A stretch of DNA of 64,000 nucleotides. Origin: Candidatus Spiroplasma holothuricola (GTDB taxonomy: Bacteria; Bacillota_I; Bacilli_A; Mycoplasmatales; MT37). The position numbers and the translations under genes were made by a program. The first letter of the stretch is position 1, and the number at the start of each line of letters is the position of its first letter. The DNA is taken from contig CP022928.1 of assembly GCA_002135175.2 (NCBI GenBank), positions 179,805 through 243,804 of the forward strand, in the 5' to 3' direction. This document shows positions 24,611 through 34,791 of this stretch, piece by piece. Below the pieces are notes generated by a model that worked only from the letters and a program-made list of their open reading frames with translations, did no database searches and was not told the DNA's origin.

Positions 24611-25023
24611 TGGCCAACATCAATACTCGTAGTCGTCCCGGAACAATTGCTCGTCGCCAAAAAAAAATTAAAGAAGTGGTCAATCATGCCATTATTCATA
24701 TTCACTCAACTTTTAACAACACAATCGTCACTCTTACTCGAACCAACGGTGAAACAATTGCCCAAGAATCAGCCGGAACAATTGGTTATAAAGGAACAAA
24801 AAAATCAACGCCTTATGCTGCTCAGGTTGCAGCCAGCAAAGTGTTAGAAATTGCCCGAAAGTATGGAGTGAAAGAATTAGATGTGAAAATTAATGGAATT
24901 GGTTCTGGACGGAGTTCAATTTTGCGAACTCTCGAAGGTTCTGAATTTCAAATTTTATCGATTGCCGATGTGACAGCAATTGCCCACAATGGCTGTCGTC
25001 CGCCGAAACGTCCACGAGGATAA
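24610..25023 (+). CDS. rpsK: ribosomal protein S11
   Basis: An intact ORF: HIHSTFNNTIVTLT...GSGRSSILR...HNGCRPPKRPRG. Confidence 0.96.
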   Translation: MANINTRSRPGTIARRQKKIKEVVNHAIIHIHSTFNNTIVTLTRTNGETIAQESAGTIGYKGTKKSTPYAAQVAASKVLEIARKYGVKELDVKINGIGSGRSSILRTLEGSEFQILSIADVTAIAHNGCRPPKRPRG

Positions 25024-25072
25024 TTGATAAAAGTTGTTGGAATCGTTTTTTTATAATATAATTTAATAAAAA

Positions 25073-26047
25073 ATGCAGAAGTTTTATCTCCCCGAATTTC
25101 AAATTGAAAAAACAAAAAAAAAATCTGATGAATTTGAGTTCACGGCTGCACCTTTAGTCCAAGGTTTTGCTGTTACATTAGGTAATTCTTTACGTAGAGT
25201 GATGATTTCTTCACTTTTAGGAACAGCAATTTTTGCAATTCGAATTGAAGGAGTTTTTCAAGAATTTCAAAATCTAAAAGGAGTACGAGAGAATGTTTTA
25301 CAAATTGTCTTAAATTTTCAAAAGGTTATTTTGGCAACAATTCCTAATACATTGAAAGAAGGTGACATCGTCAGCCTTAAACTTTCGGCTCAAGGTTCAA
25401 AAACAATTAAAGCTAAGCATTTGGAATTACCACCTGAATTGAAGTTAATTAATCCAAACTTAGAATTATTTACTATTGTTGATGAAAAAGTGAAAGTAAC
25501 AATTGATTTATGAGCATATCGTGGTCGAGGATTTTCAAGTTTTGATGAATCAAAAGAATTGATCAAAACAATGAAATTATCAGAAATTGGTATTATTGCC
25601 CTAACGGCTAATTTCACTCCTGTGCTTTCGGTTTCTTCTCATATTGAAGAAATCAAAATTGGTGAGCGGGCCGTGGTTGAAAAATTAACAATGAAAGTGA
25701 AAACAAATTCAGCAATCGAGCCCAACGAAGCAATTGCTAATGCTGCTAAAATTTTCCGATCTCACCTTAGTTTTTTTGAAAACTTAACAGAAAATGCCAA
25801 ACTAAATGAATTTAACTTTGCCAAGAAAGAAATAATTAAACCAGTTGAAAAAGATATTTCGATTGCTCAATTGAATTTTTCTAAGCGAACTGACAATGCT
25901 TTACAAATGGCTGGAATCAACAAATTAAAAGATTTACAAAATGCAGAACTATCTTCACTGCGAAGAATTAAAAATTTAGGAACAAAATCAATCAATGAAA
26001 TTATCGAAAAATTAGAAAAAGAATACAATTTTTCATTTAAAGATTAG
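25073..26047 (+). CDS. rpoA: DNA-directed RNA polymerase alpha subunit
   Basis: ORFs 25073-25513 and 25559-26047 share a frame and are joined through TGA. Motifs: GFAVTLGNSLRRVMISS, and in the C-terminal domain LNFSKRTDNALQMAGI..L..LRRIKNLGTKS. Confidence 0.95.
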
Positions 26048-26075
26048 ATTTTTCTGATTTAAATTATTCTTTATA

Positions 26076-26438
26076 ATGTCACGTCAACCAATAACAGCCC
26101 ACGTTCGTTCTAAGAGAATGCAAATCATTCGCAATCTTGCCACGGAATTAATTTTGCATGGTCATGTGACGGTGATCAAATCTCGAAAACAAGATTTAGA
26201 AAAAATGATTTCTCAATTAATTAATTGAACCAAAAAAGATACATTACACTCAAAAAGATTAGCAATTAGTAAATTAACAAATACTGGTCATGATTGACCG
26301 GTTACTCAAAGACCTTTAGCATTATTAAAAACACTAGCTGCACGCTATCCTAACCAAAACAGTGGTTATGTTCGTTCTTTTCTCTTGCCGCCACGAACTG
26401 GTGATAGTGCGGTTTTATTTCGAATCCAATTACTATAA
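26076..26438 (+). CDS. rplQ: ribosomal protein L17
   Basis: A 120-aa ORF with two in-frame TGA, broken up in the track. RNLATELILHGHVTVIKSRKQDLEK...GYVRSFLLPPRTGDSA, plus its position after rpoA. Confidence 0.88.
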
Positions 26439-26442
26439 ACGA

Positions 26443-27288
26443 ATGCATTATACAAAGAAAGAAGTCATTCAATTTGAAAAAGTTTCTTTTGCATATGGAA
26501 AGAATAAAGATCCAACACTTATTGATTTAAATTTCAATATTTATAAAGGAGAATACATTGTGGTTGTGGGTGTTAATGGCAGTGGTAAATCCACTTTTGG
26601 AAATCTTATTGCTGGATTATTAAAAAAATATAGTGGAACAATTCGTTTATTTGGAGAATCACTGAAATCAGAAAATCATGCTAATCTTATCCAAAAAGTG
26701 GGTGTGGTTTTTCAAAACCCTGAAAGTCAATTTATCGGCAGTAATGTTGAAAAAGATCTTGTTTTCGCAATGGAAAATCTTTGTTATTCACCAAATGTAA
26801 TGCGAAACAAACTTGCTCAAATTGTCAAAAAAATGAATTTGCAATCAATTTTATTTTCTCAACCATCAGAGCTTTCTGGTGGAATCAAGCAAAAAGTTGC
26901 TTTTGCTGCTTCCACAATCATTACTCCTGAAATCATGATATTTGATGAACCAACAAGTCTTTTAAGTCCAGTGGAAAAAGAAGAAATTTGAAAATTGATT
27001 AATCAACTCAACAAAAAAAGAAATTTGACAGTAGTCGAACTTACTCACGATATTAATCGTGCTTTGCAGGCAGACCGCTTGATGATTATTAACAAAAACA
27101 AGATTTATTTTTTTGATACACCAACCAAGATCAAAGAATTTCATCTTGCACCTTTGATTGAAGCTCTTGGTAATAATTTGCCACTTTTTTATCAATTAGT
27201 TATTGCCTTGCTTAAAAATAAAATTATTACTCAACCAATTTGAGATGAGCAATCTTTGATCAAAAAATTAGTTCAATGAAAAAAATAG
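26443..27288 (+). CDS. ecfA1: ECF transporter ATPase component EcfA1
   Basis: ATG 26443 lies within ORF 26362-26991 and continues in frame with ORF 26995-27243. It has Walker A (GVNGSGKST), signature (LSGGIKQK) and Walker B (IMIFDEPT). Position rplQ-ecfA-ecfA-ecfT. Confidence 0.9.
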
Positions 27289-28145
27289 TTGTTAAAAATT
27301 TATCTCATACATTCACGGAAATTGATGGTAGCAAAACAATTGCTTTGCATGATGTGAGCATTAATTTTCCGATTGGTAAAATTACTGCTTTAATTGGACC
27401 ATCTGGTTCGGGAAAAACAGTACTTTTGAAACATTTAAATGGTTTATTATTACCGACGCAGGGCTCAGTAAATGTATTTAATTTCAATTTGTCATCTAAC
27501 CAAAAAAAAATTAATAATATTAAAGAATTACGAAAAAAAGTTGGTTTCTTATTTCAGTTTCCTGAACAACAATTGTTTGAAGAAACCGTCGAAAAAGATG
27601 TCTTATTTGGTCCAAACAATTTTGATATTAATCACGAAACGGCAATGAAAAATATTTATAAATCATTTGATCTTTTAGGTTTGTCTCGTTCGTTTCTACC
27701 GAGACAGCCTCTTGAATTATCAGGTGGAGAAAAAAGAAAAGTGGCCATTGCTGGTGTTCTTTCATCCAACCCCGATTTGATTTTGATTGATCAATTAGGT
27801 CGTGGTTTGGATATTAAATCCCAAAAACAATTTTTAAATATTATTCAAACTCTTAAAAACCAAAAAAAAACATTTATTTGTGCAGCCAATGATTTGGATG
27901 CAGTTTTAGAAATTGCTGATTTAATTGTTTATTTGGATCAAGGAAAAGTAAAATTAATTGAAACACCAGAAAAATTATTCTTTAATCAAAAAATATTAAC
28001 TGATAACAAAATTAAACTGCCAAAAACAATTGCTTTTTTAAATAAATATCAAGCTGCTGGTGGTGACATCAAAGGAATCAACTTTCGGAAAAAAGAAGAT
28101 TTGATTCATGATCTGATTAACAAACTAAAAACTCCCAAAAAATAA
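27276..28145 (+). CDS. ecfA2: ECF transporter ATPase component EcfA2
   Basis: An intact 289-aa ORF with GPSGSGKT and LSGGEKRKVAIAG. Confidence 0.9.
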   Translation: MKKIVVKNLSHTFTEIDGSKTIALHDVSINFPIGKITALIGPSGSGKTVLLKHLNGLLLPTQGSVNVFNFNLSSNQKKINNIKELRKKVGFLFQFPEQQLFEETVEKDVLFGPNNFDINHETAMKNIYKSFDLLGLSRSFLPRQPLELSGGEKRKVAIAGVLSSNPDLILIDQLGRGLDIKSQKQFLNIIQTLKNQKKTFICAANDLDAVLEIADLIVYLDQGKVKLIETPEKLFFNQKILTDNKIKLPKTIAFLNKYQAAGGDIKGINFRKKEDLIHDLINKLKTPKK

Positions 28146-28147
28146 TT

Positions 28148-29155
28148 ATGTCTGTACCGATCAACCATTTTGTTCCCCGAAATTCAGTTATTCACAATTT
28201 CGATCCACGACTCAAATTTTTGTCTTATTTGATTTTATTAACAATGATTTTTTTGTGACCAGCAAATTTTTTTCTTTATTTTTTTTATCTTTTTTTTTAC
28301 ATTTTCCTTTTCAAGTTAGCAAAACTTCAATTTCGGCATCTTCGACCAATTTTGTTTTCATTGTTTTTGGTTTTTATTTTTCTTTTTTTATTTAATTTAA
28401 TTAACATTAATCTTCCCGAACATGATCACGAACATGGTTTGTCCAATGAAACAGATTCTAAAATTGGACAAAGTGATTCTGAACATGATCATGATGATCA
28501 TGGCCATATTCATGAACATGGTCATGATGAACATTGGTTTACAGAATCTTTTCAATTGTGAATTATTAAATTTAATTGATCAGTGATTACCAGAACAATT
28601 TTTTATACATTAAGAATTTTCTTAGTTATTTTCCTTACTTTTATCTTTTCATCATCAACTTCTTCTTATGAAATTACATTTGCTATTTCGAGTTTGCTTT
28701 CACCATTAAAGTTGATTGGTTTTCCCGTGGTTATTTTTGCCACCATTATTTCTCTCACATTGCGATTAGTTCCCACTTTAGTTCAAGAGGGTAAAGTGAT
28801 TTTAGATGCACAATCATCACGAGGCTTAGACTTTCAAACCAGCAAATTTATTACTAAAATTAAGATTTCTATTGCCCTAATTATTCCATTGCTCGTCTCG
28901 ATTTTCAAAAAAGCTGGTGAGATGGCCAATGCCATGGAAAGTCGTGGTTATAATCCGAACAAAACTCGAACAACATATCAACAATTTGCCATTCGTCCAA
29001 TTGATTGATTTATTTTCTTGTTTATAATTTTGTTTTTAGTTTCGAATATTCTATTTATTTCATTAATCATGAGTAATCTGGAAGAGGGGGGCGTCTTTGA
29101 GGAATTTTTTCATCAAATTAATGAATCATTAGATTCACATGAACATGATGATTAA
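28148..29155 (+). CDS. ecfT: ECF transporter transmembrane component EcfT, with a His-rich insert
   Basis: ATG 28148 is in frame 2 with ORFs 28352-28561 and 28583-29008. It is multi-TM with the conserved coupling region ILDAQSSRGLDF and MESRGY. It sits directly after ecfA2. Confidence 0.85.
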
Positions 29156-29238
29156 TCAAAAAATCTTTGGTTAATATTAATTGTTTTTGTTTATGAATTG
29201 GAAAAAAGCCTTTATAGATATAATATTTAAGAATAGTG

Positions 29239-29676
29239 ATGACAAATTTAACACCAACCGTTAGTGCTTCCAACCATATTAAAAAATGATTATTATTTGA
29301 TGTTAGAGGATTACCTCTTGGTCGGGCAGCAAGTAAAATTTGTCGTTATTTAAGAGGCAAAGATAAGGTTTATTTTTCACCAAACATTAATTGTGGTGAT
29401 AATGTTGTGGTAATTAATAGTCAAGAAATTATTATGACTGGCAAAAAATGAACAGACAAAATTTATTATTCACACTCAGAATATCCCGGTGGATTAAAAA
29501 TGAAAAGTGCAAAATTTATTCATGACAAGGATCCAACCAAATTGATGCAAATGGCTATTCAAAGAATGCTCCCAAAAAATCGATTAGCCCGAACACAAAT
29601 GAGTTCATTGTACATTTATCCTCATGAAGAACATCCTCATCAGGGGCAAAAACCCATTGTTGTAAAGTTGGATTAA
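29239..29676 (+). CDS. rplM: ribosomal protein L13
   Basis: A 145-aa ORF with two in-frame TGA, absent from the track: WLLFDVRGLPLGRAASKICRYLRGK...YYSHSEYPGGLK. Confidence 0.9.
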
Positions 29677-29680
29677 AGAA

Positions 29681-30112
29681 ATGATAGCTTCCAAAATCAT
29701 TCGTGCTACTGGTCGACGTAAATCTTCGATTGCCCAAATCATGGTTCGTCCTGTATCCAAAAAAATCGAGTCGAACATCTCAATTTATCACCGTCATCAA
29801 AATCTTTCAAAAGCACTGTCATTAAACAAATTTTTCCCCAGCAAAATTTTTGTTCAATTAATCGAAAAACCATTAGTAGCCACAAAACTAGAAAATAAAT
29901 TCAACATAGTTCTCAAAGTTCATGGAGGAGGTTTTTCTGGGCAAGCCGGAGCAGCTCGTTTAGCACTTTCAAGAGCTTTATCCAAAATAAATGTTGATAA
30001 TCGTAAAATATTAAAAGCAAACGGGTTGTTGACACGTGATGCTAGAGTTAAAGAACGCCGAAAGCCAGGATTAAAAAAGGCCCGAAAAGCCCCACAATTC
30101 TCAAAAAGATAA
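29681..30112 (+). CDS. rpsI: ribosomal protein S9
   Basis: An intact ORF: GGGFSGQAGAARLALSRAL...TRDARVKERRKPGLKKARKAPQFSKR. Confidence 0.96.
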   Translation: MIASKIIRATGRRKSSIAQIMVRPVSKKIESNISIYHRHQNLSKALSLNKFFPSKIFVQLIEKPLVATKLENKFNIVLKVHGGGFSGQAGAARLALSRALSKINVDNRKILKANGLLTRDARVKERRKPGLKKARKAPQFSKR

Positions 30113-30115
30113 TTT

Positions 30116-30190
30116 GGGATTATAGCTTAGCGGCAAAGCACACGATTTATAATCGTGAGATCATGGGTTCGATCCCCATTAGTCCCACCA
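30116..30190 (+). tRNA. tRNA-Ile with genomic anticodon TAT (reads AUA)
   Basis: A manual fold fits: acceptor GGGATTA/TAGTCCC, D stem GCTT/AAGC, anticodon stem CACGA/TCGTG with loop TTTATAA (positions 34-36 = TAT), T arm ATGGG-TTCGATC-CCCAT, and an encoded CCA. Confidence 0.85.
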
Positions 30191-30207
30191 TTTTTTAAAT
30201 ATTTAAA

Positions 30208-30282
30208 TGGAACCCGCCACCAGAATCGAACTGGTAACCTAATTTTTAGGAAAAATTTGTTCTACCATTGAACTAGACGGGC
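30208..30282 (-). tRNA. tRNA-Arg (anticodon CCT)
   Basis: The reverse complement folds as acceptor GCCCGTC/GGCGGGT, D arm GTTC-AATGGTA-GAAC, anticodon stem AATTT/AAATT with loop TTCCTAA, T arm ACCAG-TTCGATT-CTGGT, and CCA. The amino-acid identity is inferred from the anticodon only. Confidence 0.75.
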
Positions 30283-30329
30283 ATAATTTAATTTTAGAAA
30301 GAATTTAATTTTGTTGGTAATAAAAAAAT

Positions 30330-30872
30330 ATGTTCAAAGTTTTTTCCAAAAATAATCAAACCCAAAATATTTGTGAAATTGCCGTGATATCGGCTCTTTG
30401 AATTGTTTTGTCTTATATTTCTCTTGCTTTTCGTCCACTTATTTTCAATGGTTTATTTCCAGTTTTTTATTTTTTAGTTTGAATAAGTGGGCTGTTTTTT
30501 TCTCCCCAAAAAGCTTTTGTCACAACCTTTATTGGTCATTTTCTTTTTGATGTATTTATTTTTTTCAATATCTTTTTTATCTTTATTTGATTTGCTTCAG
30601 GTTTATCATCCTTTTTGATCTCGATCTTAAAGTGAAATACTTTTTTTCTTTCAGTTGCAGCTTTTTTTCTGATGCCATTAATCTATTTTTTTGCCTTTTT
30701 TACTATTGGATCGATCTTTTTTCCAAACCCAATTGCTTATTTTGTTACCTATCCCGGTCTGACCTTTGCATTATTTTTTGTCAATCCTGTTTTTAATTCT
30801 CTAGTTTTTTATTATTTCGTAAAACCGAATTTTTCATTAAAAAAAATAAACAAAATAATTACAGTTTATTAA
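30330..30872 (+). CDS. small six-helix membrane protein, probable ECF transporter S (substrate-capture) component
   Basis: ATG 30330 is in frame 0 with ORF 30672-30872 and there are five in-frame TGA. It is about 180 aa and almost entirely hydrophobic. The size and topology fit an S component, and the ecfAAT module is close by. The substrate is unknown. Confidence 0.5.
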
Positions 30873-30884
30873 TAATTTGTAATC

Positions 30885-33428
30885 TTGAATAAAAATAATT
30901 TCGCCCCTAATTGAAAAAGGATTGGTGCCCGTTGTACTGATATTGGATTAAATATTATTTTTTTAATTATTGTCACAGTCATTTACAATTTAATTATTTT
31001 TGGTGAATTTCAAATTTTTGGCATACTTCAAGTAATCCAACAATTAATTCTTCTTTCACTTCAATTCATCATTTTTTTAATTTATTTTGTTGTGATTTCG
31101 ACACTCACCAAAGGGCAGACTTTGGGCAAAAAAATATTTTCTATTAGATTGATAACAGAAAATAAAAATAAAATTCCAATGCGAGTTTATTTTTTTCGAG
31201 AATTCTATATTCTTGTTTTGCCTTTGATAATTTCTTATTTATTGTTTATAATTTTCTCTACAATCTTTTCATCACCCTATCAATCCCAAAAGCTTGCTGC
31301 AAATTTTTTATTTTTTTGATTTTTTTTCTTATTTTTATTTCAAAAAATCAATAAAAATCATTGTTTATTTTATGATCGTTTTTTTCAAATTTTCGTTGTT
31401 AATGACAACAAAAAAATTGAAAAAGAAAAATTAAAAATTTTTAAAAATTTTTTTAAATCAACTTCTATGCCAACAAACACTGACAAAATTTTCGAAAAAT
31501 TAAACAAAGAACAAATGAAAGCCGTTGTGGCTTCTGATCAAAAAAACGCCTTGATCATTGCCGGTCCCGGAACTGGCAAGACCACAGTTTTGATTCACAA
31601 AATCATTCATTTAATTAAACACTATCGATTATTGCCTTGAAGAATTCTGGTGCTCACATTTACCAAAAAAGCTGCACTAAATGTTCGTGATCGACTCAAC
31701 AAAAAGATTAAATTGGATACTGATAAATACCAAATTTATACTTATCATGGTTTTTGTTACAGTTTTTTACTTGAAGAAATTAATTGAATAACGGAACTAA
31801 AAAATTTAGTAGTTATGGATGAAACGGATCAGAAAAACCTAGTGAAAAGCCTCATTATGGAAATCAGAGACCATCGAGAAAAAAAACTTGATGCAACAAC
31901 ATTAAAAACCGTTATTTCGTTTATCAATTTGAAAAACAGAAAACTTATTCAAAATAAAAAAAAATTCAGCAAATTATTCACAGAATACACAACTCTCAAT
32001 CAAGTTGATGATAAATTCATTGATTTTATTTGAACTATATCTTTAAAATATTCTGATTATAAAAAAAACCAAGGATTGATGGATTTTAATGATTTGTTGA
32101 TTGAAACTTACAATCTACTCAAAAATAATGTTAATTTATTGAAGAAATGACAAAAACGATTTGATGCAATTTTGATTGATGAGTTTCAAGACACCAGTTA
32201 TCTTCAGTACAGATTAATTGAATTGTTAACAAGTAAAGGAAAAGAAATCAAAACAACAGTGATTGGTGACCCTGATCAAACAATTTATGGATGAAGAGAT
32301 GCCAAAATTGAGTTCATTTTAAATTTTTGCAAAAATTTCTCACCGGCTGAAGAAATTAATTTAGTCAAAAACTATCGCTCAACAATAGGTATTGTCAATG
32401 TGGCCAAGCAGTTAATTCGAAATAATGAAAATCGTTCAAAAGGGGCACTCGAAGTTGTCAATTTTAATAATGAAAAAGTAAAAATATTTTATGAAAATGG
32501 TCGTTATACTCAAGCGAATACAATTGTTTCGGAAATAGAAGAATTAATTGAAGATGGAGCAAATCCCAAAAGTATTGCTATCCTTTATCGTTCACATTTT
32601 CTTTCTGGTGCATTAGAAAACTTTTTAGTCCAAAAAAAAATTAGTTATGTCATTTTCAAGGGTGTTCGATTTTTTTTGAGGTTAGAAATTAAGGATATGA
32701 TCAATTCACTTTCATTATTTTCCAAACCCAGAGATTTCAATGTTTCTTCAATTTTGCTATGAATAAAGGGATTAGGAGCTACTTCGGTGATCAAAATTCA
32801 AAAAATGGCCAAAGCTTACAATTTATCAATTTTTGAATTAATTGAAACCAATGATTTGTTAATGGTTAATACAAAAACAAGAACTGCAATTAAAAACTTG
32901 TTTGGACAAATTCCAAATTTTAAAAAATTAATGCAAAAAGAAGAAAGTTTATTAGCTTTTACGAAACAAATTTTTGATAATTTTTACAAACCATTTTTTG
33001 ACCAAAATTATTTGGATAAAGATTGAAGAATTAAACATATTGAAACATTTTTAGATATTGTTGATAACTTTGACAAAATGAATCTAAGATTATCATTAAA
33101 AGAAAAAATTCATCAATTTCTAAATGAAATCAAAATTAGCACTGATGCTGATTTCATCAAAGAAACAGATAGTATCAGCTTGATGACCATTCACAATGCC
33201 AAAGGACTTGAGTTTGATCATGTTTTTGTATTTGATGTCAGTCAAGAAATTTTCCCCACCAAAAAAAGTGAATTGGAAAACTTAGAAGAAGAAAGACGAA
33301 TTTTTTTTGTGGCCTTGACCCGAGCAAAGAAAAAATTATTTATTTTTACTAACATTTTTAATCAATCAATTTTCATTGATGAAATTGAGGATAGTGTTCA
33401 TATTGAAAAAAAGAAAGGTTATTTCTAA
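30885..33428 (+). CDS. RDD-domain membrane module fused in frame to a UvrD/PcrA-type SF1 helicase
   Basis: Frame 0 is continuous from TTG 30885 to TAA 33426-33428 (ORFs 31092-31319, 31815-32033, 32400-32762, 32787-33026, 33078-33428; I checked every gap codon and found only TGA). The N-terminal 190 aa is RDD-like (R.GARCTD..., KGQTLGKKIFSIRL, 3 TM). The helicase motifs are AGPGTGKT, DEFQDT, GDPDQTIYGWR, NYRS, TIHNAKGLEF and FFVALTRAKK. The internal ATG 31467 is an alternative helicase start. Confidence 0.8.
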
Positions 33429-33437
33429 AAAAGTTAA

Positions 33438-34106
33438 ATGGCTAAACAAAACTTTGTTCTTCCCCAAAATTTTAGTTGTCGTTCGTGTGATGCTAACGTT
33501 TCAAATACTGCTGATGTGCAATGAAAACAAACAACACTTGAGAATCAAGTGTTTTTTAGTACGAAATGTCAATTATGCAACCAAATGATTTATTTTTGAC
33601 AAAACAAACAAAACAATAATTTTTATTACATAAATAAAGTGAATATTGTTTTATATGAACCAGAAATTCCGGGTAACGTTGGGGCAATCATTCGACTGGC
33701 ATGTGCTTTTGATTTCACCGTTCATTTAATTGAACCATTTGGTTTTATTTATTCAGAAAAATGATTAGGACGGGCCAGTGCTGGTCATTTTCAATTAAAT
33801 AAACAAAAATTGTATTCTTCTTGAAATGAGTTTATTGAGAAAAATAAAGATGGAAAATTTATTTTGACTTCGTCTCATGCTCAAAAATATGTACATGATT
33901 TTGATTTTCGTCAAATAACCAATCCTATTTACATTGTTTTTGGTCGTGAATCTAGAGGTCTTCCCCATGAAATCACTTCCAATCCACAACACATCAATTT
34001 AAAAATTGCTCAAACCACACTTGCCAGTAGCATTAATCTTGCTCAAGCCGTTTCGATTTTTAGTTTTTTTTTACGTTCCCAATATGGAAATTTTGAGTTC
34101 TTTTAA
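33438..34106 (+). CDS. trmL: tRNA (cytidine/uridine-2'-O)-methyltransferase TrmL (SpoU family) with an N-terminal CxxC...CxxC extension
   Basis: ATG 33438 is in frame 0 with ORF 33864-34106. The TrmL core begins at GTG 33639 (VNIVLYEPEIPGNVGAIIRLACAF, GRESRGLP, SINLAQAVSIF). The upstream 67 codons are in frame with no stop. Confidence 0.8.
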
Positions 34107-34171
34107 TTCTTGAATGTTTTGGGTGACATTAATTTTAATTAAACTCTATGTTAAAATTTTTTCAGTTGATT

Positions 34172-34245
34172 GCAGGCATAGTTTAATGGTAGAACTCCAG
34201 ACTTCCAATCTGTCAGTGAGGGTTCAATTCCCTTTGCCTGCTCCA
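34172..34245 (+). tRNA. tRNA-Gly (anticodon TCC)
   Basis: Acceptor GCAGGCA/TGCCTGC, anticodon loop CTTCCAA, T arm GAGGG-TTCAATT-CCCTT, discriminator T, and an encoded CCA. Confidence 0.88.
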
Positions 34246-34254
34246 TAAATTTCA

Positions 34255-34782
34255 ATGAAAAATCGTCAACCAATTAACCCACCAACTTGAACTCTTTATT
34301 TAAGTTTTTTAGGAAATAAATTGTTTCTTGCCTTTGCCCATTCTCTTACTTTATTTATGGGAACTATAATTTATTTAAGTCAATACCATCCGAGCATAGG
34401 GTTACCAGAAATTTACAATTTCAATTTAGTATTTCTCATTATCATTGCACTTTGTTTCGCTTTTTATTTAATTTTTCTGTTCTATGTTTTTTCCATTCGT
34501 CAATTAAAATTGACCAAAAAATCTTTATGATATTTTTTAGCAATCTTTTTAGGTATTATTACAACATTATCTTTGGCTGTTTTTTTTTATATTTATGCCG
34601 AATCAGGTGAGGGGTGGTCTGGTTTTGAAATATTTTTCTTTATTTCTCTTTTTGCTATTTTAATTTCAGTAGTTGTTACCTATTTCAGTTCTTTTAATTT
34701 GACAATGTATTGAGAAAAAATTGAAAGAGAAAGAAAAAATCAAATTGAGAAAGAAAATTCAAAAAATCACGAAACAAAATAA
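34255..34782 (+). CDS. hypothetical integral membrane protein
   Basis: ATG 34255 is in frame 1 with ORF 34321-34530 and there are three in-frame TGA. It has four predicted helices and a Lys/Glu-rich tail. Confidence 0.5.
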
Positions 34783-34791
34783 AATTGATTT

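Noticed and set aside
28418-28537. The CAT/GAT/GAA-rich DNA in ecfT considered as a non-coding microsatellite or an assembly artefact.
   Set aside because: It is in frame, is flanked by a continuous EcfT reading frame on both sides, and the repeat is imperfect. I kept it as a coding His-rich loop (see the finding). Read-level confirmation is still advisable.
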